This document shows, piece after piece, positions 19,219 to 29,188 of a DNA stretch of 55,569 nucleotides. Both the position numbers and the translations under genes were made by a program. The notes beneath the pieces are model-generated. The model worked only from the letters and a program-made list of their open reading frames with translations, was not told the origin of the DNA and searched no databases. The stretch spans positions 1 to 55,569 of the forward strand of contig CAMOSH010000003.1 in NCBI GenBank assembly GCA_946624575.1, written 5' to 3'. Positions within the stretch are counted from its first letter, which is position 1; the number at the start of each line of letters is the position of its first letter. The DNA comes from an uncultured Verrucomicrobiota bacterium. Its GTDB lineage: Bacteria; Verrucomicrobiota; Kiritimatiellia; RFP12; UBA3636.

Positions 19219-22200
19219 ATGTTTGGAATCATTCGTCGGATTGTCGCCGTCTTTTCCCCCGCCGCTGCGGCGTTTGTCGCGGCGGCGGGGGCTGACGGCA
19301 ATTTGCGCGCGGATTCCGGCGGCTGGGCGATGGCCGACGCGCCGCCGACCGAGGTGCTGCTCGCCGGAACTGCGGATGTAGCGGCAAGCGGAAGCGCAAA
19401 TCGTCTTTCCGGCGGCGCGGCTTCCCAGTCGCCTCAGATACGCTCCTCTGCTATCTCTTCCGGCATCGCTGCTAGTCTTCTCTCCGAACCTTCCGAGCGC
19501 ATCACGGACCTCGCGCGCTCTCTCGACTTCGACTGGCGCAAATGCTTCCGCTTCGTTCGCGACGAAATCGCGTTCGTCCCGTATCGCGGTTTTTCGCGTG
19601 GAGCGGACCGGACGCTTCTCGACCGCGCCGGCGGCGACGCCGACCAGGCGCTCCTGCTGTGGTCGCTTCTTCGCGCCAGCGGTCACGACGACGCGACGAT
19701 CATGTATCTCCCGGCCGTCCGCGACGAAGACAAAACGCTTCTCTCCGGCGTCAGGTTTCCGTTTCGGAATTACGATGGCGCGCATCCCTGCAATGTCGCG
19801 TCGTGGCTGGGTACGGAGGTTTTCGACGATGACACGAACACCCAAGTACAAGTCGGTTCCCAACTATCTCTGGGCGGCGTGAAATACGCCTGGAACTGGA
19901 TTGGTCAGATTCTACACGTCGGCGTGGAGCGCTTCTGGGTGAGGCTTTCCATCCCCGACGACGAAACGCGAAATCTTGTCACCGTCGATCTAGATCCGGC
20001 GTTCAAGCCGTCGCTTCCGGCACGGACTCGCGACGTGCTGGCGGACTCCGGGCTTTCGCTTACCTCGATTCTCTCCGCCGTCTGTGGCACGACGAACGAA
20101 CATGGTTGCGCCGCGCTTGATTCGTCTTCGCTCGAATCGCTGCTTGGCTCCGGAGTCATTTCCTTGTGCCACGCATGGGGCGGCGCGTCCGCGCCTTGCG
20201 CCAATTACGTTTCGGGCCCCAAGACCATTCCGTTTGTGGACGGCGATTCGTGTTTTCCCGGCGAGATAGTCGGAACTCCGGTGTCCGTCCAAACCCAACC
20301 AGACACTTTCTTCGAGAGTTTCCGGTCGTCGGTCTCGTTGATTGTTGGTGCAGGCGCGGAAATTCATGTCTTTCTCGACTCCATCGGCACCGACGCAATC
20401 GACGTGCGATTCGCCGCGCATTCCGGCGACGCTCCGGGAACGCTTCGCGCGGCAATAGTTCGCAACGGAGAGATCCTGTCTTCCGAAACGAATGCGATGG
20501 CGGCCACTTCGCGCCAGTATTCTCTCACCGTTCGCCATCCACGATATTTCAGTTCCGCGACTGGCACCTTGACGGCCGGGACGAATTGCGTCCACTCGCT
20601 GGCCGTCGGGTTCGACTCCGCGTCCCGCGACGGCCTGGTGTCCGAATGTTTCTTGAAAGCTTCGGAGTCTTGGCGTTCCTCCGCATCGGATTTTGAGCGC
20701 AACGCCTCCGCTTCTCGCCTTGCGGGAGCCGTCTGGATGCAGCAAACTGGAAATGCGCTTCGGATGCTTGACGCGGTGACGGGGACGCATCGTCTGCGGC
20801 TTTACCAGTTGGGATTTTCGGGAGTTACCACCTCTCCGTTTGTCGACATGCCCATTGGCATGACCCCGACCGACGGCGATCCGTCGCAACTGGATTGCAG
20901 CCATTTCTTCGCGAGCGCCCTGGAGCATTCCGTCCTAGAGCAGTTTCAGGGAACAAGCCCGACTGGAGCGGTGTCAACCGCTCGGATTCTTGCATTGGCG
21001 AATGCATCCGGCTCCCGCACAGTCGCGTTCGGGCCGGATTTGGAGCAGGCGGCAGTCCCCGCCGCGCTTTCCATGCTTCAGGGATATCCCGAAAGCGATC
21101 GCACGGAAATCTCCAACAGCCTGGCCTCCGGGAAATTCGTGCTTGCGCCCGAATCGGCACCACATGGACTAGGCTCGTGGTCCGGCCGAGGATATCTGCT
21201 ATTCGGACAAAAAAGCGCCACGGCATGGCAAACAACCATGCGCATCTCCGGCGGATACAACGGCGGATATTCCGGCATTCGCGGCGGATTTGAAACTGTG
21301 TCGCCGGACGATTTTCCACTTTCATCCGCCAGCCCCGACTCCGCCGTCGCGGCGACGACAGCCGCCGATCCGGTGGATCTGGCGTCCGGCGCGCTACTTG
21401 ATTCGGCCACGGACTTGACGCTGCCCGATCTCTTGTGGACGCGCTCGTACGACAGCCGGGCGCGATTTTCCGGCGGCGACCTCGGGCGCGGTTGGTTCCA
21501 CCCATTCGAGGCAAGCGTCTCCTTCGGCACAGATCCCGGCGCGGCCTTCGGCGGCGGCTCGGTGGCCGCCGCCGCTCCGACGCTTGTCGCGATGGCGGCG
21601 GCTGACGCGCTTGTGAAGTCTTCGACGAACCTGCCGCCCGGGGAAACCGCCCGGCGGCGTCTCGCCGCCGGGCTTGTCGCCGACTGGTGGACGCGCCGCC
21701 TCGCCGGAGGCGCGGCGCTCGTGCGCACTGGCGCATCCACGCTGCGCTTCACTGCCATGCCTGACGGATCGTTCGCGCCATATCCCGGCGTCACGGTGGC
21801 GCTTTCCAGCACCCCGTCCACCGGAGGGTTCGCGCTGGAATGCCGTCACGGCGACACCTGGCTCTTCGATTCAGCAGGTCGGCTCCGCGCAATCCGCGAC
21901 AAATCCAGCAACGAAACTTCGGTCATCCGCGACGCCTCCGGGCGAATCTCCCGCGTGGAATCGCCCTTCGGATTCGCCTTCGACGTCGCACGCGACACCG
22001 CAGGGCGAATTTCCTCCGTGTCCGACAGCGCCGGGCGGAGCGTCGTATACGCATACGACGACTTTAGCTGCATCACGAACGTCACCGACGCCACGGGGCG
22101 GTCATGGCCGATCTCAATCGATCCGGATGTCGGCGCGATCGCGGAAAAACGCTCGACGACGGGAGCGTTGCTGCTGCGCAACGCCTTCGACTCGCAGGGG

Positions 22201-25200
22201 CGCGTCACGAACCAGGTTTCCGCGACTGGTGGCGCGTGGCGCTTCGGATACGCCGGACGCGGCGCTTGGAGCGAAGGTCCTGACGGCGCGCGGGAGACGT
22301 TCCGCTTCGACGACAGTGGACGCGCTCTTTCCCGCACCGACGCGCTTGGTGCGACAACGCGTTTCGAGCGCGACGCCTCCGGACGCATCGTGTGCGCAAC
22401 CGACGCCCTCGGCACGGAGACCCGCATTGCCTACGACGAATCTGGCGACTTGATTCGCATCCGCGATGCCGCCGCCGACGAAACTCTCGTCCGCGAAACT
22501 GCGCTCGCCCGCGACGAAACAGGGCGCGCTGTCGCCGTCACGAACGCGCTTGGTTACGTGGCGCGTTTCGCCTACGACTCGTGCGACCGCCAGACCGCGG
22601 CCGCTCTTCCCGACGGCACCATGATTTCGAACGAATGGACCGCAGCGGGACTTTTGTCGGCGCAATCGCTACTCGATTCCTCCGGCACCGTCCTCCGCCG
22701 CGACGAATGGACGCACTCTTCATGCGGTCTCCCAGTCGCGCGCACGACATTCGGCGTCGCGCTCCCGGGGCATGGTGTTTCCGAATCGTATGCATGGGAC
22801 AACGCCGGGAATCTGGTTGGCTGCACCGACGCGCTCGGCCACGTCAGACGCTGGGCATACGACGCTCTTGGCCGAGTCACGAACGCGACCGACGCCACCG
22901 GCGCGCAGACTCGTCTGACATACGGCCACGACGGGAATCTCTCCACCATCACGGACCCGCTCGGCCGGACCGCCACTTTCTCTTGGAACGCAGACGGCTC
23001 GCTCGCCGCCGCAACGCGTCCATCCGGCGCAACGGCGTCGTTCGGATACGACGCGCTCGGCCGTATTTCCGCCATCACAAACGCATCGGGCGCGGTTTCC
23101 AGCGTCGCGCGCGACGCAAATGGCCGCATCGTTCTTGCGGTGGATCCTCTCGGCGGTGAAACCGACTTCGCGCGCGACGCGCTCGGCCGCGTCACGGATA
23201 CGCTCGATCCCATTCGCCGCCACAGCGCCGCGCGCCACGACGCGCTCGGCCGCATGGTGCAGTCGATTCGCCCGTCCGGCGCAGCGGAGTCGTTCGGATA
23301 CGACGCCCTCGACAATCTCGTCGCCATCACCAACGCGGAAGGACATGTCTGGAGCGTCGCCCTTGACGCGCTAGGCCGCGCCGTCGCCGCCACGAACGCC
23401 GTCTCAGCGCGGGTCTTTTCCGCATCGTGGTCGCCGCTGGGACTCTCGTCACGCACCGACGGACGCGGGGTGCGCCTCGATTTTTCCCGCGACGCATTCG
23501 GGCGCATTCTTGAAATCTCCGAAGGCGGCACCAACGTGCTTGCATCAATTTCCCGCGATTGCGCCGGCAACGTCGTCGTCGCCTCGAACGGAAACGCCCG
23601 CCAGACATTTTCCTACGATGGCGCAGGCCGCCTTGCCGCCGCATCTATGGCGATTCCGAACAACGGCCCGGTCTGTTCGTTCGCGTATGGCCGGGACGCC
23701 GCCGGTGCCATAACCAACAGCACCTACACTCCCGGATTTTCAATCGCCCGCTCCTACGACATTGACGGCAACCTCGTCTCGCTCTCGGACTCTTTCGGCC
23801 ACACGTGGAATTTCTCGCGCGACGCGCTGGGCCGCCGCACGGCGATTCGTCATCCCGGCGGTGCGATCGACAAGACCACATACGACCTGTGCGGCCGCGT
23901 GAGCGCGTGGAGCGCCGCAAACGCCCAGGCGCGGACTCTTTCGCGCAACGCCGCCGGAGAATGCGAAGAAGAATGCGTCACAGCGGGGGCAGTTCCCACG
24001 CCACAGGAGACATTCCGGCTTGAGCTGGAATTCGACGCCGCCGACCGCCCGACGGCGGGAACGCTCCGCGACGGTTTCGGAAGCGCTCTGCGGAGCGTCG
24101 AGTTCCAGCACGACGGCGCGGGCGCGCTCTCGCTTGTCACCGTCGCAGGAACCAACCACTTGGCCGCCACCCACGACGTATTCGGACTGCCTCGTTCGAT
24201 TTCGGACTCAACCGGCACAACGGAAACGTTCCTTCGCGACGCATTCGGCACCGTCGTTCGCACAGAAACATCGGCACCAGATGGCACGTCGAATGCGCGC
24301 TTATGGATCCCCGATCCAGCAGACCCCCTGCGACGCCCGGTATTGGAATGCGACGCAACGGGCGGCGTCCTCCGCGCGTACATCTGGGCCGAAGACAGAC
24401 TGCTTGGCTTCATCGACGCCGCCACCGGCTCGCTCACGCTCGCGCATACGGACTTCCAAGGTTCCGTCGTGGCGCTGACCGACTCCGCCACAGGAGAAAT
24501 CCTGCACCAGGCGGCATACAGCCCCTTCGGCGAAAATTGGGGCCGCGCCGGCACCAACCCCACGCCATTCGCGTGGCTTGGAGCATGGGGCGTCCGCTCC
24601 GCGTTTCCAACCGCGTCCGCCGCATCGGGAGCACCGCCTGACGGCTCCGTCGCGCCGTTCGCGGCGCTCCACCTCACGGCAAACCGCCTCTACAGTCCGG
24701 CCATCCGCCGATTCCTCTCTCCCGATCCACTCGGCCCCGCCGGAGGCCTCAACCTCTACGCCTACGCCAACAACGACCCGCTCTCCTACATCGACCCGCT
24801 GGGCCTGTGCCCTACTGATGACTTGGCAGAGTATCGTAAACAAATTAGGGATTACATCAATCAAATCCCAAGACCGGCGAACCAGAATACACTATTCGCG
24901 GGATGGAAAGGTCAATTTCATCTTTTTCATGGGGGCTTGATGTTTCATGGCGGTAAAAGCAATCCATATAGTATGGATTTGAAACAAAATTCAAAAATAG
25001 CAGCATATTATGTTGCAGACCATGGAATAATGTCTCCAGCAGAAGCGGGCAATTATCTTGCTGGTTATTATGCTGGTTTTTCGCACAACTATCTTGTTTC
25101 GCTCGGTGTACATCTGGGTGGAATAGGGTATTCAGCAATCGGATGGACGCTTTGGCGCCTAGGCTTGACTGACAGACAAGAAGATTTTTGGGATAACGAA

Positions 25201-25263
25201 AGTCAACCAGCTCTTGACAAAGGTTTCTTTGACGGAACAGTTGATTATTTGGAAGGGTTGTGA
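19219..25263 (+). CDS. RHS/YD-repeat polymorphic toxin with signal peptide, transglutaminase-like N-terminal domain and Ntox44-like C-terminal toxin
   Basis: Signal-like MFGIIRRIVAVFSPAAAAFVAAAGA; FVRDEI.F.PY.G..RGA..TL....GDADQALLL..LLRASG; ADPVDLASG; many YD/RDALGR repeats; NLYAYANNDPLSYIDPLGL; AT-rich tip with DLK, GNYLAGY and WDNESQ motifs. Confidence 0.9.
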   Translation: MFGIIRRIVAVFSPAAAAFVAAAGADGNLRADSGGWAMADAPPTEVLLAGTADVAASGSANRLSGGAASQSPQIRSSAISSGIAASLLSEPSERITDLARSLDFDWRKCFRFVRDEIAFVPYRGFSRGADRTLLDRAGGDADQALLLWSLLRASGHDDATIMYLPAVRDEDKTLLSGVRFPFRNYDGAHPCNVASWLGTEVFDDDTNTQVQVGSQLSLGGVKYAWNWIGQILHVGVERFWVRLSIPDDETRNLVTVDLDPAFKPSLPARTRDVLADSGLSLTSILSAVCGTTNEHGCAALDSSSLESLLGSGVISLCHAWGGASAPCANYVSGPKTIPFVDGDSCFPGEIVGTPVSVQTQPDTFFESFRSSVSLIVGAGAEIHVFLDSIGTDAIDVRFAAHSGDAPGTLRAAIVRNGEILSSETNAMAATSRQYSLTVRHPRYFSSATGTLTAGTNCVHSLAVGFDSASRDGLVSECFLKASESWRSSASDFERNASASRLAGAVWMQQTGNALRMLDAVTGTHRLRLYQLGFSGVTTSPFVDMPIGMTPTDGDPSQLDCSHFFASALEHSVLEQFQGTSPTGAVSTARILALANASGSRTVAFGPDLEQAAVPAALSMLQGYPESDRTEISNSLASGKFVLAPESAPHGLGSWSGRGYLLFGQKSATAWQTTMRISGGYNGGYSGIRGGFETVSPDDFPLSSASPDSAVAATTAADPVDLASGALLDSATDLTLPDLLWTRSYDSRARFSGGDLGRGWFHPFEASVSFGTDPGAAFGGGSVAAAAPTLVAMAAADALVKSSTNLPPGETARRRLAAGLVADWWTRRLAGGAALVRTGASTLRFTAMPDGSFAPYPGVTVALSSTPSTGGFALECRHGDTWLFDSAGRLRAIRDKSSNETSVIRDASGRISRVESPFGFAFDVARDTAGRISSVSDSAGRSVVYAYDDFSCITNVTDATGRSWPISIDPDVGAIAEKRSTTGALLLRNAFDSQGRVTNQVSATGGAWRFGYAGRGAWSEGPDGARETFRFDDSGRALSRTDALGATTRFERDASGRIVCATDALGTETRIAYDESGDLIRIRDAAADETLVRETALARDETGRAVAVTNALGYVARFAYDSCDRQTAAALPDGTMISNEWTAAGLLSAQSLLDSSGTVLRRDEWTHSSCGLPVARTTFGVALPGHGVSESYAWDNAGNLVGCTDALGHVRRWAYDALGRVTNATDATGAQTRLTYGHDGNLSTITDPLGRTATFSWNADGSLAAATRPSGATASFGYDALGRISAITNASGAVSSVARDANGRIVLAVDPLGGETDFARDALGRVTDTLDPIRRHSAARHDALGRMVQSIRPSGAAESFGYDALDNLVAITNAEGHVWSVALDALGRAVAATNAVSARVFSASWSPLGLSSRTDGRGVRLDFSRDAFGRILEISEGGTNVLASISRDCAGNVVVASNGNARQTFSYDGAGRLAAASMAIPNNGPVCSFAYGRDAAGAITNSTYTPGFSIARSYDIDGNLVSLSDSFGHTWNFSRDALGRRTAIRHPGGAIDKTTYDLCGRVSAWSAANAQARTLSRNAAGECEEECVTAGAVPTPQETFRLELEFDAADRPTAGTLRDGFGSALRSVEFQHDGAGALSLVTVAGTNHLAATHDVFGLPRSISDSTGTTETFLRDAFGTVVRTETSAPDGTSNARLWIPDPADPLRRPVLECDATGGVLRAYIWAEDRLLGFIDAATGSLTLAHTDFQGSVVALTDSATGEILHQAAYSPFGENWGRAGTNPTPFAWLGAWGVRSAFPTASAASGAPPDGSVAPFAALHLTANRLYSPAIRRFLSPDPLGPAGGLNLYAYANNDPLSYIDPLGLCPTDDLAEYRKQIRDYINQIPRPANQNTLFAGWKGQFHLFHGGLMFHGGKSNPYSMDLKQNSKIAAYYVADHGIMSPAEAGNYLAGYYAGFSHNYLVSLGVHLGGIGYSAIGWTLWRLGLTDRQEDFWDNESQPALDKGFFDGTVDYLEGL

Positions 25264-25667
25264 TGAAATTCAACATTAAACAAAATGTAAACCATTCAAA
25301 ACTCGGACTTTGGGAATGGGAGTTGTTTTTGACCATCTGCTGTTGGTCGGCAATAGTGATGATGTTTTCACTTGTTGAATTCGCACTGATGGTAAATGCG
25401 GCGAATCCAGACATCTGGTTGACACAATCACGAAAAGACAAACTCGCCTTTTTGGCAAACAAAATCATCGGAGACGCAAATTTGAGCGCTGCAAGTACTT
25501 TGCGTGAAATAAATGGAATTGGGGCCAGATCATTCGAGACAACGAATGGACGCGTTCGGTTCTTCTTCCCCGTGGCGGTTAGAAAATTCGCCATTTATGA
25601 AAGCGACGGAACGGAAGTCAGACCTGTTTTCATTCCTTCAACAGAAAGAATTTCACCTACAAGATGA
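25263..25667 (+). CDS. Putative immunity protein 1 (one TM)
   Basis: Overlaps the RHS stop (TGATG); AT-rich like the toxin tip. Confidence 0.6.
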   Translation: MKFNIKQNVNHSKLGLWEWELFLTICCWSAIVMMFSLVEFALMVNAANPDIWLTQSRKDKLAFLANKIIGDANLSAASTLREINGIGARSFETTNGRVRFFFPVAVRKFAIYESDGTEVRPVFIPSTERISPTR

Positions 25668-25999
25668 AACGGATTGCGTTGGCATTTTCAATTGTCGCGA
25701 CAGTTGTTAGCGCGACCGTCCCATGCGCGGTTTTTACCTTTGTCGCCGCTAGTGGCGGGGAAATCGGGTCAATATGCATGAATTGGGTTGCCTACGGAAG
25801 ACTGACGATGTGTTCCGGATTCATTTTGGCTATTCTGGTTTTACATGGTTTTCTGCCTTCACGGCTTATTGGATTGACTCGTACTCCATGGACCGATTTG
25901 ACAATTTCATTTCTATTGACACCTATTTTATTGTTTTCGTTCGGAATGCTTCTCTTTATGGGATTCATCTGGATTCACTGGTTCGTAGAATCAATTTGA
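25664..25999 (+). CDS. Putative immunity protein 2 (3-TM membrane protein)
   Basis: ATGA overlap with the previous gene; hydrophobic; AT-rich. Confidence 0.55.
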   Translation: MKRIALAFSIVATVVSATVPCAVFTFVAASGGEIGSICMNWVAYGRLTMCSGFILAILVLHGFLPSRLIGLTRTPWTDLTISFLLTPILLFSFGMLLFMGFIWIHWFVESI

Positions 26000-26019
26000 A
26001 TTGAACGACAATCAGAGAA

Positions 26020-26886
26020 ATGAAAACAACACTCGTGTCCATTAGTATTTCCTGCATCTGGGTCTTTGTCGGATTTGGATTTCTGTTGCGCAGCCGATCA
26101 GTTGGAATCGCGTTGCGGCGATTCCGGCGTCAGTCCCCGGCGATTCACGCCGCCGCTCTCCTGTCCGTGATCGTGGCAGTCGCGATTGGCGGCAGCAAAA
26201 GTGACGGCGGGATCGGGAATCTTCGCCCATTGAGTTCGTGGTCATCCTCGTCGCGCGGTCAGGGACTTTTCGGCGACACAGAATCTTGTTCGCCTCCCGC
26301 ATCTGCGGATTTGCGGTTTTCCTCGATCTCAGTTTCCTCGAACACTGTTCTTTTTGAAGCGGTCTGGCCGCAGGACGAGCCGTTGCCGGAAGTTGCGCTT
26401 GACGTGTTTTCTTCGCCGACGCTCGATGGCCCATGGATCCTGTCGGAGACAGTTCCAGCTCTTTTTCCTCCGGTAGAGGTCTCTGTCGAGATCGACACGA
26501 ACAGCGCCTCCGCGTTCTTCCGCCTTGGAACGAAACTCGACACCGACGGAGACGGGTTGTCCGACGCTTTTGAAGGCCTGGTTTCGGGGACCTCGGCTTG
26601 CAATCCGGACACCGACATGGATGGGCTGTCAGACACTGAGGAATTTTCCTCTAGCTTGAATCCTCTGCTTCCCGATACCGACGGTGACGGCATTTCCGAT
26701 TTCGATGAATCTCTTGCGGACACCGATCCGCTTGTGCCAAACGCGCCTGTTACCACCACGCTTCGCCACTACCGCGACAGCGACGGGCGCCTGGTTGCGT
26801 CATTTTCGAGTTTCTGCCCGGCATTTTCGTCATCAATACTGTCCACGACTGGAAATCCAAGACTTTCACATTCAAGGAGTCCGTAG
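26020..26886 (+). CDS. Membrane-anchored protein with the same N-terminal module as 4146-9416, three TSP3-like repeats and a YD-like tail
   Basis: Two TMs ending in GGSK; LRF..WP...DVF..TLD..W; SAFF.L...DTDGDGLSD; tail HYRDSDGRLV...TTGNP. Confidence 0.75.
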   Translation: MKTTLVSISISCIWVFVGFGFLLRSRSVGIALRRFRRQSPAIHAAALLSVIVAVAIGGSKSDGGIGNLRPLSSWSSSSRGQGLFGDTESCSPPASADLRFSSISVSSNTVLFEAVWPQDEPLPEVALDVFSSPTLDGPWILSETVPALFPPVEVSVEIDTNSASAFFRLGTKLDTDGDGLSDAFEGLVSGTSACNPDTDMDGLSDTEEFSSSLNPLLPDTDGDGISDFDESLADTDPLVPNAPVTTTLRHYRDSDGRLVASFSSFCPAFSSSILSTTGNPRLSHSRSP

Positions 26887-26928
26887 GCCGCGAAAGAGTT
26901 AGGGATGTCATCGGACATCACTTGTGCC

Positions 26929-27096
26929 ATGCTTGGAAGCGTTCGTCGTCTTGTCGCCGTCTTCTCCTGCGCTGTTGCGGCAGTTGCCGCAGCGGCGGGG
27001 GCCGCGCGAAACTCCGCAGCGAAAACCCGGGCCAGGCGGCTCGGAGCGTCGACGGCCCCATGGTCGACAGCAAGATTGCGGCTCTCAAGGGGTTGA
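26929..27096 (+). pseudogene. Decayed copy of the RHS gene 5' end
   Basis: MLGSVRRLVAVFSCAVAAVAAAAGA vs MFGIIRRIVAVFSPAAAAFVAAAGA at 19219; DNA similarity extends into the upstream -10 region. Confidence 0.7.
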
Positions 27097-27125
27097 AGTT
27101 GAGTTTAAGATTGAGTTTGAGGTTT

Positions 27126-27193
27126 GCGAACGCATGAAATTTTTGCGCGACAACCCCGCAATGGGTGTCGCGCCAAATATTTCATGCGCTCGC
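27126..27193. repeat. Long imperfect inverted repeat (hairpin)
   Basis: GCGAACGCATGAAATTTTTGCGCGACAACCC pairs with GGGTGTCGCGCCAAATATTTCATGCGCTCGC. Confidence 0.7.
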
Positions 27194-27216
27194 CATGAGA
27201 AAATATCGAAGGGGCG

Positions 27217-27245
27217 TTGCGAAATGGGACGAAAAGGGGTATCCT
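27217..27245 (+). promoter_or_regulatory. Putative sigma70 promoter of aspS
   Basis: TTGCGA-17 nt-TATCCT. Confidence 0.45.
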
Positions 27246-27319
27246 CCGTCCCGCGATTTACCTAAACGCTTTCGTTGAATTTCCGGATTTCCACACAAAA
27301 ACGGCGACTAATCGACACC

Positions 27320-29140
27320 ATGCATCCCTACCGCACACACAACTGCAACCAGCTCCGCGTCGCTGACGCCGGCGCGACCGCCCGCCTTTCCGGCTGGGTG
27401 TTCCACAAGCGCGACCACGGCGGCATCCTTTTCATCGATTTGCGCGACCATTACGGCCGCACCCAGGTCGTGGTCCATCCAAGTCGCCCGTTCTTCCAGG
27501 TGGCGACCGACCTCAAGCTCGAAAGCGTCGTGACCGTGACCGGGAAGGTGGTCGCCCGCGGCGAAAGCGAGGTCAATCCCGACATCGACACCGGCGCCGT
27601 CGAACTGGTGGCGGACGAATTCGTCGTCGAAAGCGCCGCCGAACAGACGCCGATCTACCTGGCCGGGGACGGAAGCGACGTGGGCGGCGAGGATCTCCGC
27701 CTCAAGTACCGCTACCTCGACCTGCGCCGCGAATCGCTCCACAGGAACATCGTGTTGCGCTCCAAGGTGATCTCATTCCTCCGGCGGCGCATGGAGGACC
27801 TTGGCTTCCGCGAATACCAGACGCCGATCCTCACGTCCTCCTCCCCGGAAGGCGCGCGCGATTTTCTCGTTCCGAGCCGCATCCATCCAGGGGAGTTCTA
27901 CGCGCTGCCGCAGGCGCCGCAGATCTACAAACAGCTTCTCATGGTTGCAGGATTCGACCGCTACTTCCAGATAGCGCCGTGCTTCCGCGACGAAGACGCC
28001 CGCGCCGACCGCTCTCCGGGCGAGTTCTACCAGCTCGACATGGAAATGAGCTACGCCACGCAGGAGGACGTCTTCGCGGTGATGGAGGATGTGATTCCGG
28101 CGACGTTCCGCGAGTTCGCACCGGACGGGGCGAAGGTGGACGGTGCGCCGTTCGTGCGCATTCCGTACCGCGAGGCGATGATGAAGTACGGCTCCGACAA
28201 GCCGGACCTGCGCAATCCACTCCAGTGGATCGACATGAGCGCATTCTTCGCCAAGGCCGGCTTCAAGGCGTTTTCGTCGACCGTCGAGAAGGGCGGTCTC
28301 GTCAAGGGACTGCTCGTCAAGGGCGCAGTGAAGCAGTCTCGCACTTGGTTCGACAAGCGCGAGGCAAACGTCAAGGCCAACGGCGGCAAGGGGCTGGGCT
28401 ACATCACCTGGACCGATGCCGGTGAACTCAAGGGCCCCATCGCGAAGTTCCTCACGCCGGAGCAGCTTGAGGAAATGAAGGCGCTTGCCGGAATGGAAAA
28501 GGGCGACGCGCTCTTCTTCATGGCCGCGCCGGTCGCCGAATGCCACCGCCTGTCCGGTCTCGTGCGCACCGACATAGCCGAAACGATGGACCTCGTCGAG
28601 AAAAACGCCTACCGCTTCTGCTGGATTGTCGATTTTCCGTTCTTCGAGACCGACGAGGAAACCGGAGCCCTGATCTTCTCCCACAATCCGTTCTCGATGC
28701 CGCAGGGCGGCATGGACGCGCTTGTGAACAAGAATCCGCTGGACATCGTCGCCTATCAGTACGACATCGTGTGCAACGGCATCGAGCTTTCAAGCGGCGC
28801 GGTGCGCAACCACCGCACCGACGTGATGCTGAAGGCGTTCGAGCTGTGCGGCTATCCGGCGCAGGAAGTCTACGACCGCTTCCCGGCGCTCGCCAACGCC
28901 TTCAAATACGGCGCCCCGCCTCACGCGGGCGTCGCGCCGGGAGTCGATCGCATGGTAATGCTTCTGACAGGTTCGGAGAACATCCGCGAAGTCATCGCGT
29001 TCCCGATGAACCAGAAGGCCCAGGAGCCGATGATGAACAGCCCGCACCCGGTTTCGGAGAAACAGCTCCGGGAGCTGCACATCAAGGTGCGCGCCCAGAA
29101 CGTCAACTCCGGGGCCGCCGCTCCGACCGTTCAGCAGTAG
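27320..29140 (+). CDS. aspS: Aspartate-tRNA ligase (probably non-discriminating)
   Basis: YRTHNC, RDHGG, RLKYRYLDLR, PEGARDF, CFRDEDARADR, GAPPHAG, IREVIAFP. His in RDHGG is typical of non-discriminating enzymes. Confidence 0.97.
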   Translation: MHPYRTHNCNQLRVADAGATARLSGWVFHKRDHGGILFIDLRDHYGRTQVVVHPSRPFFQVATDLKLESVVTVTGKVVARGESEVNPDIDTGAVELVADEFVVESAAEQTPIYLAGDGSDVGGEDLRLKYRYLDLRRESLHRNIVLRSKVISFLRRRMEDLGFREYQTPILTSSSPEGARDFLVPSRIHPGEFYALPQAPQIYKQLLMVAGFDRYFQIAPCFRDEDARADRSPGEFYQLDMEMSYATQEDVFAVMEDVIPATFREFAPDGAKVDGAPFVRIPYREAMMKYGSDKPDLRNPLQWIDMSAFFAKAGFKAFSSTVEKGGLVKGLLVKGAVKQSRTWFDKREANVKANGGKGLGYITWTDAGELKGPIAKFLTPEQLEEMKALAGMEKGDALFFMAAPVAECHRLSGLVRTDIAETMDLVEKNAYRFCWIVDFPFFETDEETGALIFSHNPFSMPQGGMDALVNKNPLDIVAYQYDIVCNGIELSSGAVRNHRTDVMLKAFELCGYPAQEVYDRFPALANAFKYGAPPHAGVAPGVDRMVMLLTGSENIREVIAFPMNQKAQEPMMNSPHPVSEKQLRELHIKVRAQNVNSGAAAPTVQQ

Positions 29141-29188
29141 CCGCCACCGGCGGCGCAGTCACCGCAACAACGCAATACGCCAAAAGCC

